A DNA stretch of 56,266 nt from Macrostomum lignano (GCA_002269645.1 NIVC01004185.1:1-56266), one strand, 5' to 3'; shown: positions 1-14,248, counted from the first letter of the stretch. Notes: generated by a model not told the origin, from the sequence alone. Program-made: numbers and translations.

Positions 1-3000
1 TGTGCTATTTGCCAAGTAGAAAAAGCTACCAAAAGCAGACAGTATAGTAATGTTCAATTGATTGGGTGAGTTGTAAAATTTGTTTATATGCTTGTACATA
101 TAAATACCTCTCTGCCAAATAACTATCCATATATACTCACTTTTATTTTTATCTTTAATATATGCACTACTAGTAGATCAAGTGTATCTTGTCTTTGGAC
201 TAGATCTACTACATCTATGTATTACTATAATGAAGAAAAGGCAAACTTTTGCTGTTTAATCTGCATTAATTTACTCAAATTGATTGACAACTGCATATAA
301 TTCCATGGCTTAACTTTGTGTAGCAAGATGCATGACATATGCAATTTCGATGTAATTATTTATTTTAAGGATTAACACTAAGAGTTAATATACATGCGCA
401 GCAGTTGGCCAAGTTGGCCAATCAGGCTGACTGATTTGGCAGCCAAACCAAGGTAAGTCGCAAAAATGCTCACTAGAAGGAATACAGACATAGTACTAGT
501 TAGATGAGAGGCATTTAGGCTTAATAGGACAGTAACAGTTACTCCTGCCATTTACCCCAAATTGCATTAAGTTTGCTTTAGTTTCTTTTGGGGTAAGTTG
601 CATTTTTAGCCAAAAACTATGTCACATTTTTTGTTAAACTATGTTGCACAGCAGCACAGCCAACTGAATTTTGGAGGTTGCACATGTATGAGAGTTAGGT
701 TTATCTAAATAATTATTTATTTAGTGCAAATAAACTTTCAACACAATCAATATCAAATGTTACAATATTATAATAAGACTATAAGGTTTTCTTCAAATAG
801 TTTTTTAGCATAAAGCTTGCTTTCAATTATGGTAATTACTTAGTGTCTAGGTTAAATACTGCATGTAAATTTTTAGCAATAGAGAGTAAGCAATAAGTAC
901 TTTAAAAAAAATAATTGAATACATTGTGGAGATAGAAATATTAGTTTTTCTTGAATAGATCTAGAGCATGAAGCTTTGATTTCAGTTTTTAGTTATGATA
1001 ATTGCTTAGTGTTGGGATGAGGCAAAATACTACATGTCAATTTTCAATTATAAAGAGCAAGCAGAAGTATTTGAAATCTAATATCAATTTAATATACTAT
1101 GGAAATAAGAATATTAGTTTTTTGCAAATTGTAAAAACTTTTTTGATCTATATGATAGGCATAATTTTTAAAGTCTGTTTATCTTGTAAGTGATATATTT
1201 TATAAAAATTTTAATATTTAATACATTAAAAGCAGAAATTTTTTTATTTTTAAATATTAATCTAGAATATTGTTTAGGAAATCCTTGCATTTGGGGGGGA
1301 GGGGTCAAGGTCCAAGTTTGGGGCACTAACATAAATATGAAAGGCACTAATCTTTAAGCTAAGGCACAAAAAACTATGTATAAAGGAGGAAAGGCAAAAT
1401 ATCAAGTTTAAAGAAGGTGCAAACTTAGGTTTTTGTTTTTAAGGCAGCAATATTTTTTGTTTTATCAAGCTATTTTGGGAAAGGGTAGCTGTCCCCCTTT
1501 ATTTTTGAATTAATTTTAAAGAAATAATAAGAATTAATATATAATTTTTAATTAACTTTTTGTATTAACAATTATGCCTAGATTAATTTAAAATTTAACT
1601 TTGTTTAGACAAAATTCCTTAGCCTAACTAGGTCTATCTTAAATATTTTCTAAAAAAAGTTAAAACTTTTGCCTTTGTTAGACCTAACCTTAGGAAAAAA
1701 ATTCTTTATAGTATAGACCTACAAAGCTGCATGCTTAAAATAAAGAAAGTAAACTTAAAGACATTGGCTATAGCAAAAAATATTCTTATATAGACTTAAA
1801 TTACAACCTCTTTATGCATTTTATTAGGTTAGGCTAACTTCTATAAGTAGGCCTATTATATTTACAAAGGTTCTGACTATTTTAATTTGTTTTATGATAT
1901 TACATGTTTTATAGATATATTACCATCGTCGTTTATAGTTGAATAGATCCATATTGGAAGATTGCCGGCCTAGAGTATGCTGGGTTTAGGCCTAATGCTA
2001 GAAAATTTGACAAGACCTCATTTGTATACTTGGTCTGGGTTTGTGCATCAATATAAAAAAATTGTCATTTGACACTAATGTATTTGCTATGTCATATATA
2101 TACTAGGATATAGGGCCTATCCTAATGTATGCTAAAAATGGTAAGACTCTTATTGTATACCAGGAAATCTTAATGTACATGTCAACTTCCAAACTATGGT
2201 TGACCTAGGCCTATAGGATCTAGGACTAAAGGATATAAAAAGCTATGGATGAAATGTTTTTGGGTCCCAGAGAAGAGTCCCAAGTTTTAGGCATTACACC
2301 CAAGTCTGTTTACTTTACGCAAGGCGTAAGGCTAAGCCTAAGCCTAGGGCTTCCAGTAGCCCATTATGATGTTTTAATAAGAAAATTACGCGAAATTTGT
2401 GCAAAATACAAAATTTAACGATACAATAGTTATCGTTTGTATAGTGCAATCATGATGCGATCTTGAAATCAACAACTCACGAACTCAGAGACCCGTGCTT
2501 AATTTATGTAGTTTAAAAATCGCGACAGTACGTTAAAACAAGTCACTGAGTAGTAGTTAATATTCCGCTAACCTCACTACCTTGAAACCCAGAAAAAAGT
2601 TTCCCAGGGACTTCTTCAAGTAAATATGACATTAGAGGTACTTGTTAAGTTTATGGATTAAATACTACCGTACAATGTTTCAAAACCCTTAGTGCATTCT
2701 TATGGCGGCCTGCTGGAAGTCCTTTAAATGGTATTCGTGTTACAGAATTGAGTTTAATGATCAAAGAAATGTAAGCTAAATGTAAGGTTAAATAAACTTC
2801 AATTTCCATGGGATGGTCGTGCATCCAGTCTGCATAGCCGCAGAGACATCTGAGAAGATCGAATTGTTGCCATCTGGGCCATCCAGTCCGTGGCAGTCTG
2901 TGGCCGGTCATCGAACTACAATTGAATCACTTTAAATGGGACGCGGATTGAATGACCACCAAAAAACAAGTCATCTGTAGTGTTATGAATGTGTTATTTA

Positions 3001-4495
3001 ACTTGAGTTGAGTTCACTATTCTACGCCGGCCAGTCTGGCCGGCCTCTCCCCCCCTCCTCAGATATTTTCTGACTCACCCCCCTTCACTTCTGCGCGTGC
3101 GTACCCCCCTCTCTGCCTAGGCCTTGTCTGTTATTCCACCCCATTCTCTACGTGCGACCCCCCCCCATTCTTTGCGTGCGACCCCGCCCCATTATTTTGT
3201 TAGCATTGCTGCCCCGCCCCTGTAAATCGTGATTGGCTGCCAGTCCCAGTCTGCCGTGCTGCGCCCCAGCGATTGGCTGGTACGGCTCATGTGTGTCCCA
3301 TGCTGTTGTCTAAGCCCCCTTTTCTTCCTTATCCCGCGCCCTCAACCCCTAGTTTGCTGCCTATTTATTCGGACCCCCGTGAGACCCCATTCCTGTCGTC
3401 TTCGTGGCTCTCCGGTGATTTTGCCAGCGTTGATTGCTATTAAGTGTCCGAATTGTCCTACAAATACAATTCAAGAATATCGATACTCCCACTGCTCTGT
3501 CGGCGCTGTTCCCGAGTTGTACGACCGAAATCCCAGCTGGTAAGCCTTCCAATTTGCAAGTCATTTGGGCTCTGTACTAGGCACCTTAGAGGGATTAAGT
3601 GCGTCGTACGCCGGTCCCAACCCAAGCAGCTCTGTGTCGTACGCTCGAGCAGCCTGGTCCCGACGGACACCGCGTCGTACGCGTGTCAGTGGAGGACCGC
3701 AGCCAGGGTCAGTGCACGAACCCGGGTCTGGGAAAGGGGCACGAAAGGACCGAGCCCTTGAGCCCCATCACAACAGTAGCTTTCTGAAAAGTCAGATCGG
3801 GCGTCCAGTGCCCTAAGTCCGGTGCCATATTCGATATCAGTCGTCGTTGGCTGAAAAACTCAAAAAATTACCGCAGGAAAATTGTTTTACACAGCCGAGA
3901 AACTAGGATTGCCGACATTTTATCTATTTTAGGTGACTGGACTTGAGATTTCATTAATTTATAGAGATGAGGACGCACTTTTTTCAAAACTTCACGCTCG
4001 CACGTGGGCTCCAAACTTACTAGCCTACTAACAACAGGCTATACTATGGGCATATTTTCTTCTCTTTATGTAATTTTCCTAGAATTCATACTAGTTACAT
4101 GATTTTGCCATACTTGTAGTTATAATAACATATGTGCGGCTTTTGGGCCATAAATCATTGCTTTCGAGCTGGCCTGACAGCCGGCCACCTGCGCCTCACT
4201 CAATGCTGAGATCACTGGCGCCAGATGGTCTGAGAGGATGCGGGCTGTAGCTTTTTTCTCATCATTTTGACAGGCCATCAAGATTTATGAGGTCAGGGCC
4301 TATTGTTCGTGTTCACTCAAGCATGTGACAGCTTTGACAGCGATGCGTTTTACCCTTAAAAGTACGTTGGGATTAGCGGTCACATGGGATTAGATTTCTC
4401 TTCATTATCTTCACTTTCTACTTAATAAGAGCATCCTAAGGTATATTTTTTCATTAATTTTTGTCATTCCTACGCAAAAGGTCATAAATCATTAT

Positions 4496-5210
4496 GTAGC
4501 GATTTTGAGTGATATGACCGCACCTGCGTATTTTTACGGCCCCGAGGGAACTGATAGGATCTTCTGGTCACGTGACTTTGGGTGGCAACAAGCTCAGCCA
4601 ATTAGAAAATTCGACGTGCGTTATAACAAATCGGCTCAGCCAATCAGCGTCGAGGTGTTCCATTATAACAAATTGCGGTCCAATTGGCGGCTATTTAAAC
4701 CGGTGTTTTTGGCCCGCTCGGACTCAACCTCCTGCTCCACCTCCTGGGACCTTGGCCTAACTTAGACCTCCCGGAGCTCGACTGTCGTCTCTTGATCCCC
4801 GGATCGCAACTTCCCCCGTCACCATCAAGGACGAATTCCCCCGGTCGTCAGCAGCGAACAACAAGGTTAAGATCATCACCTGCTAGCTATCTGCGAAGAT
4901 TGTGACATCGGCATCATCCCGGGTCTACAGCTGCGAAGCACTAAGTCGATTCGGTCACTGTGGATTACCTGGTCTCCGGCTGTGTGAGTTTCTGATTGGT
5001 TGGGTGAGAGGCTACCTAGACTTGCTTGATTGGGTGATTCCTTACCAGTCTCCTATTTCAGTAGCTGTATTCGGCGCACACTTTTGTTAATTTTGTTCAG
5101 CGGTGCTGTTATTGAGGCAGAAATCACTTTAATATTAATACTAATAATAGTCTGATACTCCGATCCAATCTGAAGTGTGAAGGGATTTAGTGAGAAGGTT
5201 AAATCTGACA
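4496..5210 (+). mobile_element. Possible solo or 5' LTR-like segment
   Basis: Starts TGTAGCG and has a possible end ...CTGACA. Contains three CCAAT boxes (4600-4685) followed by TATA-like CTATTTAAAC at ~4690. The flanks atta/ctta match only 3 of 4 and there is no clear PBS, so the boundaries are tentative. Confidence 0.3.
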
Positions 5211-6060
5211 CTTATTTTTATCGGTTTTATTTCTTTTTTCGCCGATGGCTCGGATGAGTAGCTATAAGCTAGTAGGCGCCGGTCGCAGTGGACGAATGGC
5301 AAGGCAGTCCTCAGTCGATCAATCTATCAAATCAGTGAGCAAAACTGCCAGAAGTGCAGAATCGGCGCCAGAGATGTACTTTGTGCACTCTAGGTTCGCC
5401 AAGCGGCTCGGGTAATGAATCATGCGGCCTCCGAAGTTCGAGTGAGTCTATCATCAGCGCTACGAGAGGCTGGTTGGCGCGTTGAAGGCCAAAAGTACAA
5501 TTCCTCGTATTTAGCAATGTAATAGTACATGTAACTACCCCATAGTCTCGCCACTGCAAGAATCCCCTACACAAGTCCCCTCTGTACCTGCATGGCCAAT
5601 GCGATCGAGTCCCAGCAGTGTCCCTTAACATCGGCTATGACTTCGAGATTGACAGCAAAAAGACACTAGTTGGCAGGTAAGTGCAAAGCCCCTTCTAGTC
5701 GGAAGCCCGATTTCGAAAGTTCCGGTTGGGTGAGCCAGAACGCACGGGCTGGTGGCAGCGGGTTAGTTAATCTGCGGATTAGGTGATCTCTACTTTCAAA
5801 ATTCTCCCTGCTCGTCTCTCGCTGTCCCTCTCTTTGCTATAGGACCTAGACTGCTCGCCACACGATCAAGCTACCATGGGGCTGACCATCTGACAGGAGT
5901 GGGGGCCCAGGACTCTAATGGATTCATTTCTGAGACCTGAGGCCCGAAGGCTTCCACAAAGGAGCCGAAAGGCCGAAACCCATCAATAGTTAATATAAAT
6001 CATCGGTCGGCAAAGTCCGGCCCGCAGGCCACATCCGCAGGCGCAATCTGACCCGCTCTT

Positions 6061-6300
6061 ATGTTTATATCTCTTCTCAGAGCTCTGCTCTCTTATCTGC
6101 TCTCTACTTTCTTCTTCTCTCCTCTCCTCTTCCCTTTTTTCTCTTCTCTATCATCCTCATCTCCTCTCTCCTCTCCCTCATCTCCTCTCTCCTCTCTTTT
6201 TTTCTCTCCACTCCTCTCTCCTCCTTTATTCCCTCGCAGCTCTCTTTCCTCTTATCTCCCTTCTCACTTCTTTATTCCCTCTCCTCTTTTCCTTCCTCCG
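6061..6300. repeat. CT-rich low-complexity tract
   Basis: Almost pure pyrimidine run; the overlapping S/L/P/F-rich ORF is an artefact. Confidence 0.85.
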
Positions 6301-6860
6301 GTCGATAGTCATGCTCTAGGTCCACTATCTGGCCTTTGAGGTAGAAAGTTTGCAGACCCTTGCCTTAAATGGTTGCCTTAACTGATTTAAAAAACCAAAA
6401 TCGCACAAAGATTTTCACAGGTCTCATTACATATTGTAAATCTATACCTCAGCACAGTCATTTGCATGATGGAAAATGGAATTATAATGTGTTATTCAAC
6501 GTACTGTCGGATATGGAGATATACGCTTTTTGTAGCTAACAATTTCTCCCAGTGTTTAAACTTACAAATTACACAACACTCGCGGCAACATGCGTATACT
6601 ATAACATGTACACTTTAGTCGTTCATTAAAATGTTTAATGCTGTTAAATTATTAATACAGGGGCCAATGTTTGTCACTCCCACCCCACCTTTCTTGCCCT
6701 GTTATGAAAATCAATAATTTTGCTTCAGGGCAACAAAGTAGCGCCTTCAGCACCAAAATGGTGCCTGTACGGCGCCAACACGATCGCTGAAAACACCGTT
6801 TCTGATAATAATGTACATTTAGGAATTTAATCATGTACACGTACATGTAGAATTCTTGGC

Positions 6861-6897
6861 TTTGTCCCCCACCATAAAATCCATGGCGACGCCCCTG
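6861..6897. mobile_element. DNA-transposon-like terminus, also present at 25701-25738
   Basis: TTTGTCCCC...CATGGCGACGCCCCTG occurs at both sites in the same orientation. The reverse complement CAGGGGCGTCGCCATG looks like a hAT-type TIR start. No partner end with a TSD was found. Confidence 0.4.
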
Positions 6898-7730
6898 CAT
6901 GAATGAAAGGGAACTGATTTCGCTATTTAAAAGGATTTATACCATCTTTTGGTCTGAATCACTCTACACAACTTCTGAGCCGAATCCATCCGAATCGAAT
7001 GACAGCGGGCATTTGGTGTTGAAGTGAAATCTTGCTACAGTGAGTTTCAGGAGCGTCGAACCAATTATTGAAAGTGTTTACCCCTTTAGCCCAAAGCCTA
7101 AAATCGATGGCCACGCCCTCGAATGGGCGCAATTGTCAAGTACATGTAACACAAATCATCTGTACATGTACGAGTACGCTCGTACATACAATAAAATCCG
7201 TACATTTTCAGGAGCACCAGAGGCTCAAAACCTCATCGGAAGGTACATACATGTACGAGCGTACACATTCATAATTTTCCAATCTTAGGTGCGATTAGTT
7301 CACGTGAGAATGGGCCGTAATTTGTAAATTAAGATATTTACTTGATGAGATAAATGAAGAGGTATTAGTCTTTACAAATATTTCCATTTTTAATCCAACG
7401 TCCTGCTAGAGATCTTCGTTACGTCATATGAACAAAATTAGACAGGACAGCAACGAAAAAGCGCGCTGGCATGAGAAGAGCAAGAATAAAAGTTAAACCT
7501 ATAAGTATGGACGAAAAATAAATTCTGGGGACAAAAACTCTGATTTTTTAAAAAAAATGGTGAGCTTTTAGGAAGGATGTTTGGAAATACGCTCGTAATA
7601 AAGGATTTAAAGCATATGAAACTATAAGAGGAATTAATTTGGTTAAAAGTGGCCAACGTACAGATGCAGACTTCGAATAAACAGGTAGAAAACTCAGGGA
7701 TATTGTTACGTTAAATTTTACGCTCTCGGT

Positions 7731-9855
7731 TCATTTAGGATTTAGGAATTTGTGCTTGAGCAGCTCCGACGTGTCTGCTCGCTTCTTCGGATCCCTCACA
7801 ATGCACCTTAGATAAAACTCCTTGAGACCAACCGAGAAATTCCCTTCAATTTGAGGCATCTCCCTTTTCTTGTCGACCATCACTAAGGGAATTCGAAAAC
7901 CGGGCACGCTGGAATTCGGAGGCTTCATGTGCGTCATCTCGAACACAGTGCAGCCGAACGCCCACACGTCAGTCTTGATGGAGTAAGGGATCGATGTTCC
8001 GTCTTCGTCCATGAACAGCTCGGGAGCCATGAAGTGCCAGGTGCCTTTTGCCTGATTGCCGGTCGTAAGGCCGCAGGTGCCCATAAATTCCTTGGCTAGA
8101 CCGAAGTCAATTAGCTTGATGACGCCATCGTGGGTGAGCATGATGTTGGAACACTTTATGTCCCTGTGCAGGATAGGTCCCTGCGGCTGACAATGCAGGA
8201 AATTAAGACCGCTGCAAATCTGCAATGTTAATATGGGCATCAAATGATCAATTGGAGTAGCAAATTTTGAGTTCACATTCAGCCAATTTGAAATTTACCT
8301 GTCTTGAGAAATCCATCACGCCTGACTCTTCAATTGGTTTCTCGTTCTGTTTCATCAGATCAAGGAGGCTGAGGCCGGAGATGAGCTCAGTGAAGATGCA
8401 GAAACCGTCGGATGTGACTTCACACTTAAGGAACAGTACAATGTTGGGATGCTTGACTGTCTTGAGTATCTCGATGCCTCTCTGCTCCAGCTTTAATTCG
8501 TTCTTCTCTCTCCAGGCGTCGCCGCTAACTGGAATAACCTTGACGGCCACAGTCTGGTACCGGTCAGTGAGGGCTTTGAAGACTTTGCTGAAACCGCCCG
8601 CGCCTAAGAGCTGCGGTTTGTCGTCCTGTTTCACGAAGCTCCAGGAAGTGAATCCCGGATCCAGCGGTTTTGAGACTCTGTGAATTATCAATAAAATTTT
8701 ATACTAAAGAGACTAAAGAGAATTATGCAACAATGTTAGGCCGATTCCTTTGGTTCCTGAGCACGGCACATTTGCACAAAGGGTATACGGAAGTTCTTAC
8801 TGTGCATCGTATTACATGTACAAGCCCCGGACCCTACTTGGAGATTGTTTATTAACGTAACAACGAGTAGCATCAAATTAAACTCACAAGCTTAGCGAGC
8901 TTTCAAATGGGCTGGTATCACCTAGCGTTTGAGAAGCTGGTGGCTCCGGCTTCGGTTTAACGACAGGTTGCGGAGGCGTCGGTTGAGCAGCTGGTAGCTC
9001 AAACCTTGGTTTAACAGCTGGTTTTGGAGGCGTCGGTTGAGTAGCTGATGACTCAAACCTTGGTTGAACGGCTGGTTGCGGAGGCAATGTTTGAGCAGCT
9101 GGTGGCTCAAACCTTGGTTTCACGGCTGGTTGCGGAGGCAACGTTTGAGCAGCTGGTGGCTGGTCAGCAGGTGGCGGCGTGGGCAACGGACGGGCAGCGA
9201 GCTGCGGAGGCTGAAGCAGAGAAGCTCCCGGCTGCCACTTTTGGCTGGCAATCCACTCCCGCTTACTGCTCTTCCATGGATTATTGCTGCCCTTCTCCAC
9301 CCAGTCAATCAGTGTTTCACCTTTGTTATTTCTTAAGCTGAACATCTCGGAGCCGAGGTGACTAGCAAGAAACTGAAGCGACTCCACCGGCTGCAGCATC
9401 GCGGCCCAATGGACGGCTGTGTTACCTTCATCGTCAGGAATTGTGAGGCAGTCAGTGCCAAGCCTCTCAACTAGCCACCGGAGCGATGCATTCGTTTTGG
9501 TATTCTTAGCAGCAAAATGAGCCGCTTTATTTCCCAACACTTCAAAGAAATTGAGGCCGAGAAATTCTCTGGAGAACTCCAACCACGAGTCGTCTTTGAA
9601 CCATGCCATCAGATGAATGGGAGTCCAACCGTTGCTGTTCCTGCAGGTTAGACAGCTCTCTCCAAGTTTTTCTGTCAGCGCCTTGAGGCACTCCAGGCTA
9701 ACTGACCATCTGGCTACGTGATGGCTCACTGACTGCTTCAATCCGCGATATTTGAACTCAATGTTGCTATCGAGTCGAGCGCACAGTCGCTCCAGTTCCC
9801 TGCTGTTTTCAACTTCAAACGCTGCTCTTATCTTTCGTTTGGTAAAAAAGCTCAT
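7731..9855 (-). CDS. Ankyrin-repeat / Pro-rich linker / STE-like Ser/Thr kinase (paralogue A), ~611 aa
   Basis: Exons 9855-8888, 8677-8299 and 8219-7731, with GT-AG introns in phases 2 and 0; the total of 1836 nt is in frame. ANK motifs GWTPIHLMA and GNTAVHWAA. Kinase motifs [39 protein letters not shown]. The start at MSFF (9855) was chosen by alignment to paralogue C; the ORF is open up to 10011. Confidence 0.85.
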
Positions 9856-12800
9856 TGCGTTGACTCCACTGTTTACAGCTAGTTGGTTTAGTTTGAGGTT
9901 TAGCGTTACTTCAAAAAACTCTGAATTATGTATATAAGCTTCTTCTGTAGCAATACGGATGCTATACATCGAACCTGCTGCTGTAAATGTCTCTCCTACT
10001 GCACTGAGCACTGTACACTTGTGAGCAAAGTGAGGCAGACAATGTGAGCGCTTCTGTGCGTTGTTTCCGAGGTTCTATTCAACTTGAGATGGATAAACAG
10101 AGACGAAATTCGATAAAGAGAGACAAAACTAGCTCGTAAAAAATGCATTCCGTTGTTTTTCTTCGAGACAGAGACTGTGCAACCTTCTTGTGCTTTTGCT
10201 GCTTCACGTAAACATAGCTTGCTCGACAAGAGTTTTATACGAAGTATTTAGCTTTTTCGAGCTACAAATGTGTTTAAAAAAACTGAAGGCACTAGAAAGA
10301 GCGAATGGTTTTCATATCATGATATCAGAGTTTGCCTACAAAAATATCTTTGATAGCTGCAGCTACATGTATCTGCAGTTATATAGAGTCTGTTACAGAG
10401 CCTACTACAGAAACTGCTACAGAGTATTTTAACAGTCTGAAAGAGCGCCTTCAGCTGTGACTATTTCTGTATCTGGCTTAATCAGAGGATAATTGAACAT
10501 AATTTTAACATAATCAAAGATACTTCTACTTAAAATAAGGATATGATTTTGGTTTTAAGATTATAACTTAAATTTACGTTTTCTCGCCTGAGGAAATATC
10601 CCTATCTCCATGACGTTTGTCCTCATGACGGCCCTTTTCACATGACCCCTGCCCCCATGACCTCATTACCCCTGTCTCTATGACTCATTTCCTTATGACC
10701 TCTGTCCTGATAATAATAGATTTCAAATAATAAAAATTCTTAATTATCTGAGCTGCTGCAGATGCAGTTTTCGAGACGACAGCACAGCTCTGAAACAATC
10801 AGCACTGGCGAGAGCGCATCCAACAGTTCACACGCAGCCCATTCTCACCATTTCTCCAGCAAGAGTTTTCATTCATTTCACAATGTCTCAAAAAGTACTC
10901 CCAGTTCTCCATCGACAGCTCAACCCACACAATCTCACTGCACACCGAGGCACTACAGCTTCCATTCTCAACTGAGATCAACCGGCACCCCATTGGATAG
11001 GAGACAGCCAGCCAACCACAGCTCAGCCAGAGACAAGCTCAGCTGACTTGACTCTGATTGGCTGGTCTGAGACTGCAGCTCTCAGGCCACCAGCATAAAG
11101 ACGGTCCAACGAGCTGCCTCAGCACTGGTGACGTAATAAGCCTGGCCTAAGCCTCACTTTGGATGACGTGCTGGGCGAGAGTCTGGAGTGAAAGGCTGCT
11201 GAGTCTCTCCGACCGCTTGTCCGGTTGTTGTGGTCGGGCCGAATGAATTCCTGCAACTGCAATTGAGACACTCAAGCTTTTCGTTCGCAACATACTACTG
11301 TTGCGCTTAAATGCAGCAGTAGCACCTGCAAAAATTATTTAAGTAGCAAAAGGTATTAAGTAAAGAAATTGATCGTTGTTCAGCAGTAGACGATTTTGAA
11401 ACGTCAATATGAGCCCTCGAGATAAGTTTGCCGACACAGACATGCTTACCCAAGCTGCACTGCCCTGAGAATGAGTACACTCCTATGCCTTCTTAAGAAG
11501 CTTCCTGGGGAGCCGTGAAACTGAAACACCCTGCAAGAAGTTTATCACAATAAATAGCTACTTGATCCAACCTAAACAGCAGACTTCTGAGCATTGTTCT
11601 CTAGCTGCTCAGGTGTCATCATGTGCGCCCTCGATTAAATTTAGGAGTATCCTTTGGTAAGGAAAGCTTAAATAAAGCTGGACTCTTTTTTATGGCTTGT
11701 GGCCACATGCCGGTATGTTGATGTGTCAGCAGCATATAGTACTCAGTGTCCCCATGCAAATCACAACATGTGATCTGTCAGCAGCATTAACGTCCGTGAT
11801 TTTCTAACCCCACTGGACAAGCATTTTATTATACTCGTACAAATGATGGTAACATAAAATTGCATAGAGTTGAATTTGAACTCTATACGGTGCTATTTGA
11901 ACCAACCCTAGTGCTATGCATGCATCACGCCACCAGACTCAAACAGAGCTTCATCAGGTGCATACTGAGATTCCGATCATGCATGCAGGCGCGCTCTGCA
12001 GGCCATACGTCCACCGAAATTTGAACTCTATACGTGATTTTTCTGGAAGTTTCTGTAATTCCCAGGAACTCTCTACTTCATTCAGTCTCGTAGCTTTGAG
12101 TCCTGTAACAGCGTGTAACAGGGTAACAGGATGAAATCTGTGATTGTTTCTATTGATTTTCAAACTCGCGCGCACTCGTCATTCATTGAAGGTTTCGACC
12201 GTAGAAGTTAATAATAGAATTTCCAAAGTCATGTATATAGGGGAGTTTGTTTTTATTGAAAATTCCGCAAGTTTTAAGATTTTTCGGTGCATAGAAAGTG
12301 TTTGTTTGTTTAAATCAAGGACTTCTTAAAATGCAGGACGTTACAATCGCGAATTTTTAAAAGTTGGAGGTAAAATGGCGTAGTAAATCAGGCTTGTAGT
12401 TTTACGAGCTATTATTCAGCAACAAACAAAAATGTTCACCCTCTTTTTGGAAGAATTTCCTCCCTCAGTTGAGTGACGACAAATCAATTCAACAGTTCGA
12501 CCTCAGACTAATGGTCAATGGGTAGTTGAAGGGTGGGACGCTTGCTGAGAACAAGTCCATTGAACAAGAGAGTCTATGTTTGAGGAAGAAGCGATTTTAG
12601 AACAGTCTTGTTCATATGTTAGTTCACAAAATTCTGCCGAGAATAGAGTAGACATTTTGTCTGTTGCTGAGTATATATATACATTTCCCTTGTTCCTTAT
12701 ATATGTCTGTCTAGTCTTACTATGGTCATAATGGAACTCTATGGTCATAATAGCTCGTAGGCAAAAAATTATGAGCAAACAACCAAGCCTATAGTTTCCA

Positions 12801-13384
12801 TGACAACAAGGGAAAATTGCAAACAGTACAAAACTATTATTGAGTTGATCAGAACATTCTCATCTCATCAGGGCTGTCAAATCTGCCCCTGACAACTTGG
12901 TCATCTATGAAGCTGCAGTCCAGTCCAGGTTTTCGCCACCGAAGAGCACTCTGATCAGTGTCTGGACAATTGCGGGCACCGAAAAGCGACCTGAAAAATC
13001 CCAGCTGCAGCCTCCCGCTCATCAGGAACTCGTTGTTTCAACAAGTGATTTTCAGTTCGAAAAAAGACGAATAAAAACATTTTTTTAAAAACTTAAAGCA
13101 AAGAGCAATTCTATAAAGAGAGCAACAATATAACAATACGAGCGTAAACTGAACTTCAACAAAAGATTTTTACGAGTTACATATATGATATCGGATGGGA
13201 TAAGATACGCTCGTAGTGTTGTGCTACAGGCCGGATCGCAATTCTAGCTGTCCCAGAGGACAAGCCGTAGATGGCGTCAGTCAACTGGCCGGACTGACTT
13301 CGGCCAGCAGGAGCCTGGGAGGAGCTGCAACTCGATATCTGCGGAGAGTTCAGAGCGGCGCCGCGTCACCAGCGATTCGCGATC

Positions 13385-14248
13385 GTGCTCATCGATCAGT
13401 TTAGCCGATGGCCAGAAGTCGCGCTCGTAGAATCGGTCACAACCAAGGTAGTCGTCGACTTCCTCGAGGTCATCTGGTCGAGGTGGGGCATCCCGAAGAA
13501 CATCACAACCGACAATGGACCCCAGTTCGGCCGCGAGTTCGACGAGTACCTGGCGAGCCTGGCGATCGAACACAAGCGAACCGCAGTGTACTGTCCAGAA
13601 CAAAACGGCAACGTCGAGCGATTCAACCGCACTCTCGGCGAGGGCGTGACAGCGCACTTGGTCGCCGGGTGGAGCTTCTGCAAGGCCGTCCGAGCTGTCG
13701 TCGCGGCCTATAGGGCGACCCCAACGCACGTCACGGGTTCGAGTCCACACGAGCTCATGACTGGCCGACCAATGCGCACCCCGCTGCTCGCACTCCAACC
13801 GGACTCGGAAGCCAAGCGGCCGACGTCGGCTCATGACCGGGTCGCCACGGCAAAGCAGCGAGCAAAGAGCGACACCGACCGTCGGCGGCATGCATCGGCG
13901 GCGCGGACCGCGGTCATCCAAGACGGCTCCTGGGTGCACATCTCCAAGCCGGTGGCACCTGGCAAGCTGGAGCCGAAGCTCGCCGGGCCGTTCCGGGTTC
14001 GCAAGCGATTCAAGACAACTGTGCTGCTCGAAAACGGCAAGCGGTGGCACCTGCGGCGCTGCGTGCCGGCCGGACCTGGCAAAGGAAGCGACGACGACGG
14101 CGACGCGCAGCTCGACGAAGGTGGCGGCGGCCCGGAGGTGGATCCGCCACGACCGCCTGATGATCTCGCTGGGGACCCGCCGGCACCCCCGCCGGTGCTG
14201 AGAAGGTCAGAGCGCGAGCGCCGCCCGCCAATGCGCTACCCGAACTGA
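13385..14248 (+). pseudogene. Gypsy-type DDE integrase fragment
   Basis: rve core motifs as above. The frame extends ~70 nt upstream to include the first catalytic Asp (LDIC); the zinc-binding N-terminus is missing. Confidence 0.85.

Noticed and set aside
1-2900. Short ORFs in the AT-rich left end
   Set aside because: No domain motifs or coding bias. The region contains only decayed interspersed repeat fragments (e.g. ~2120-2200 resembles ~40510-40590).
6658-6897. Candidate MITE bounded by CAGGGGC...GCCCCTG
   Set aside because: Only 7 terminal bases match and the flanks (tattaata / catgaatg) are not a TSD.
13277-14050. 257-aa minus-strand ORF over the Gypsy fragment
   Set aside because: Antisense shadow of a GC-rich integrase ORF, with no recognisable motifs.
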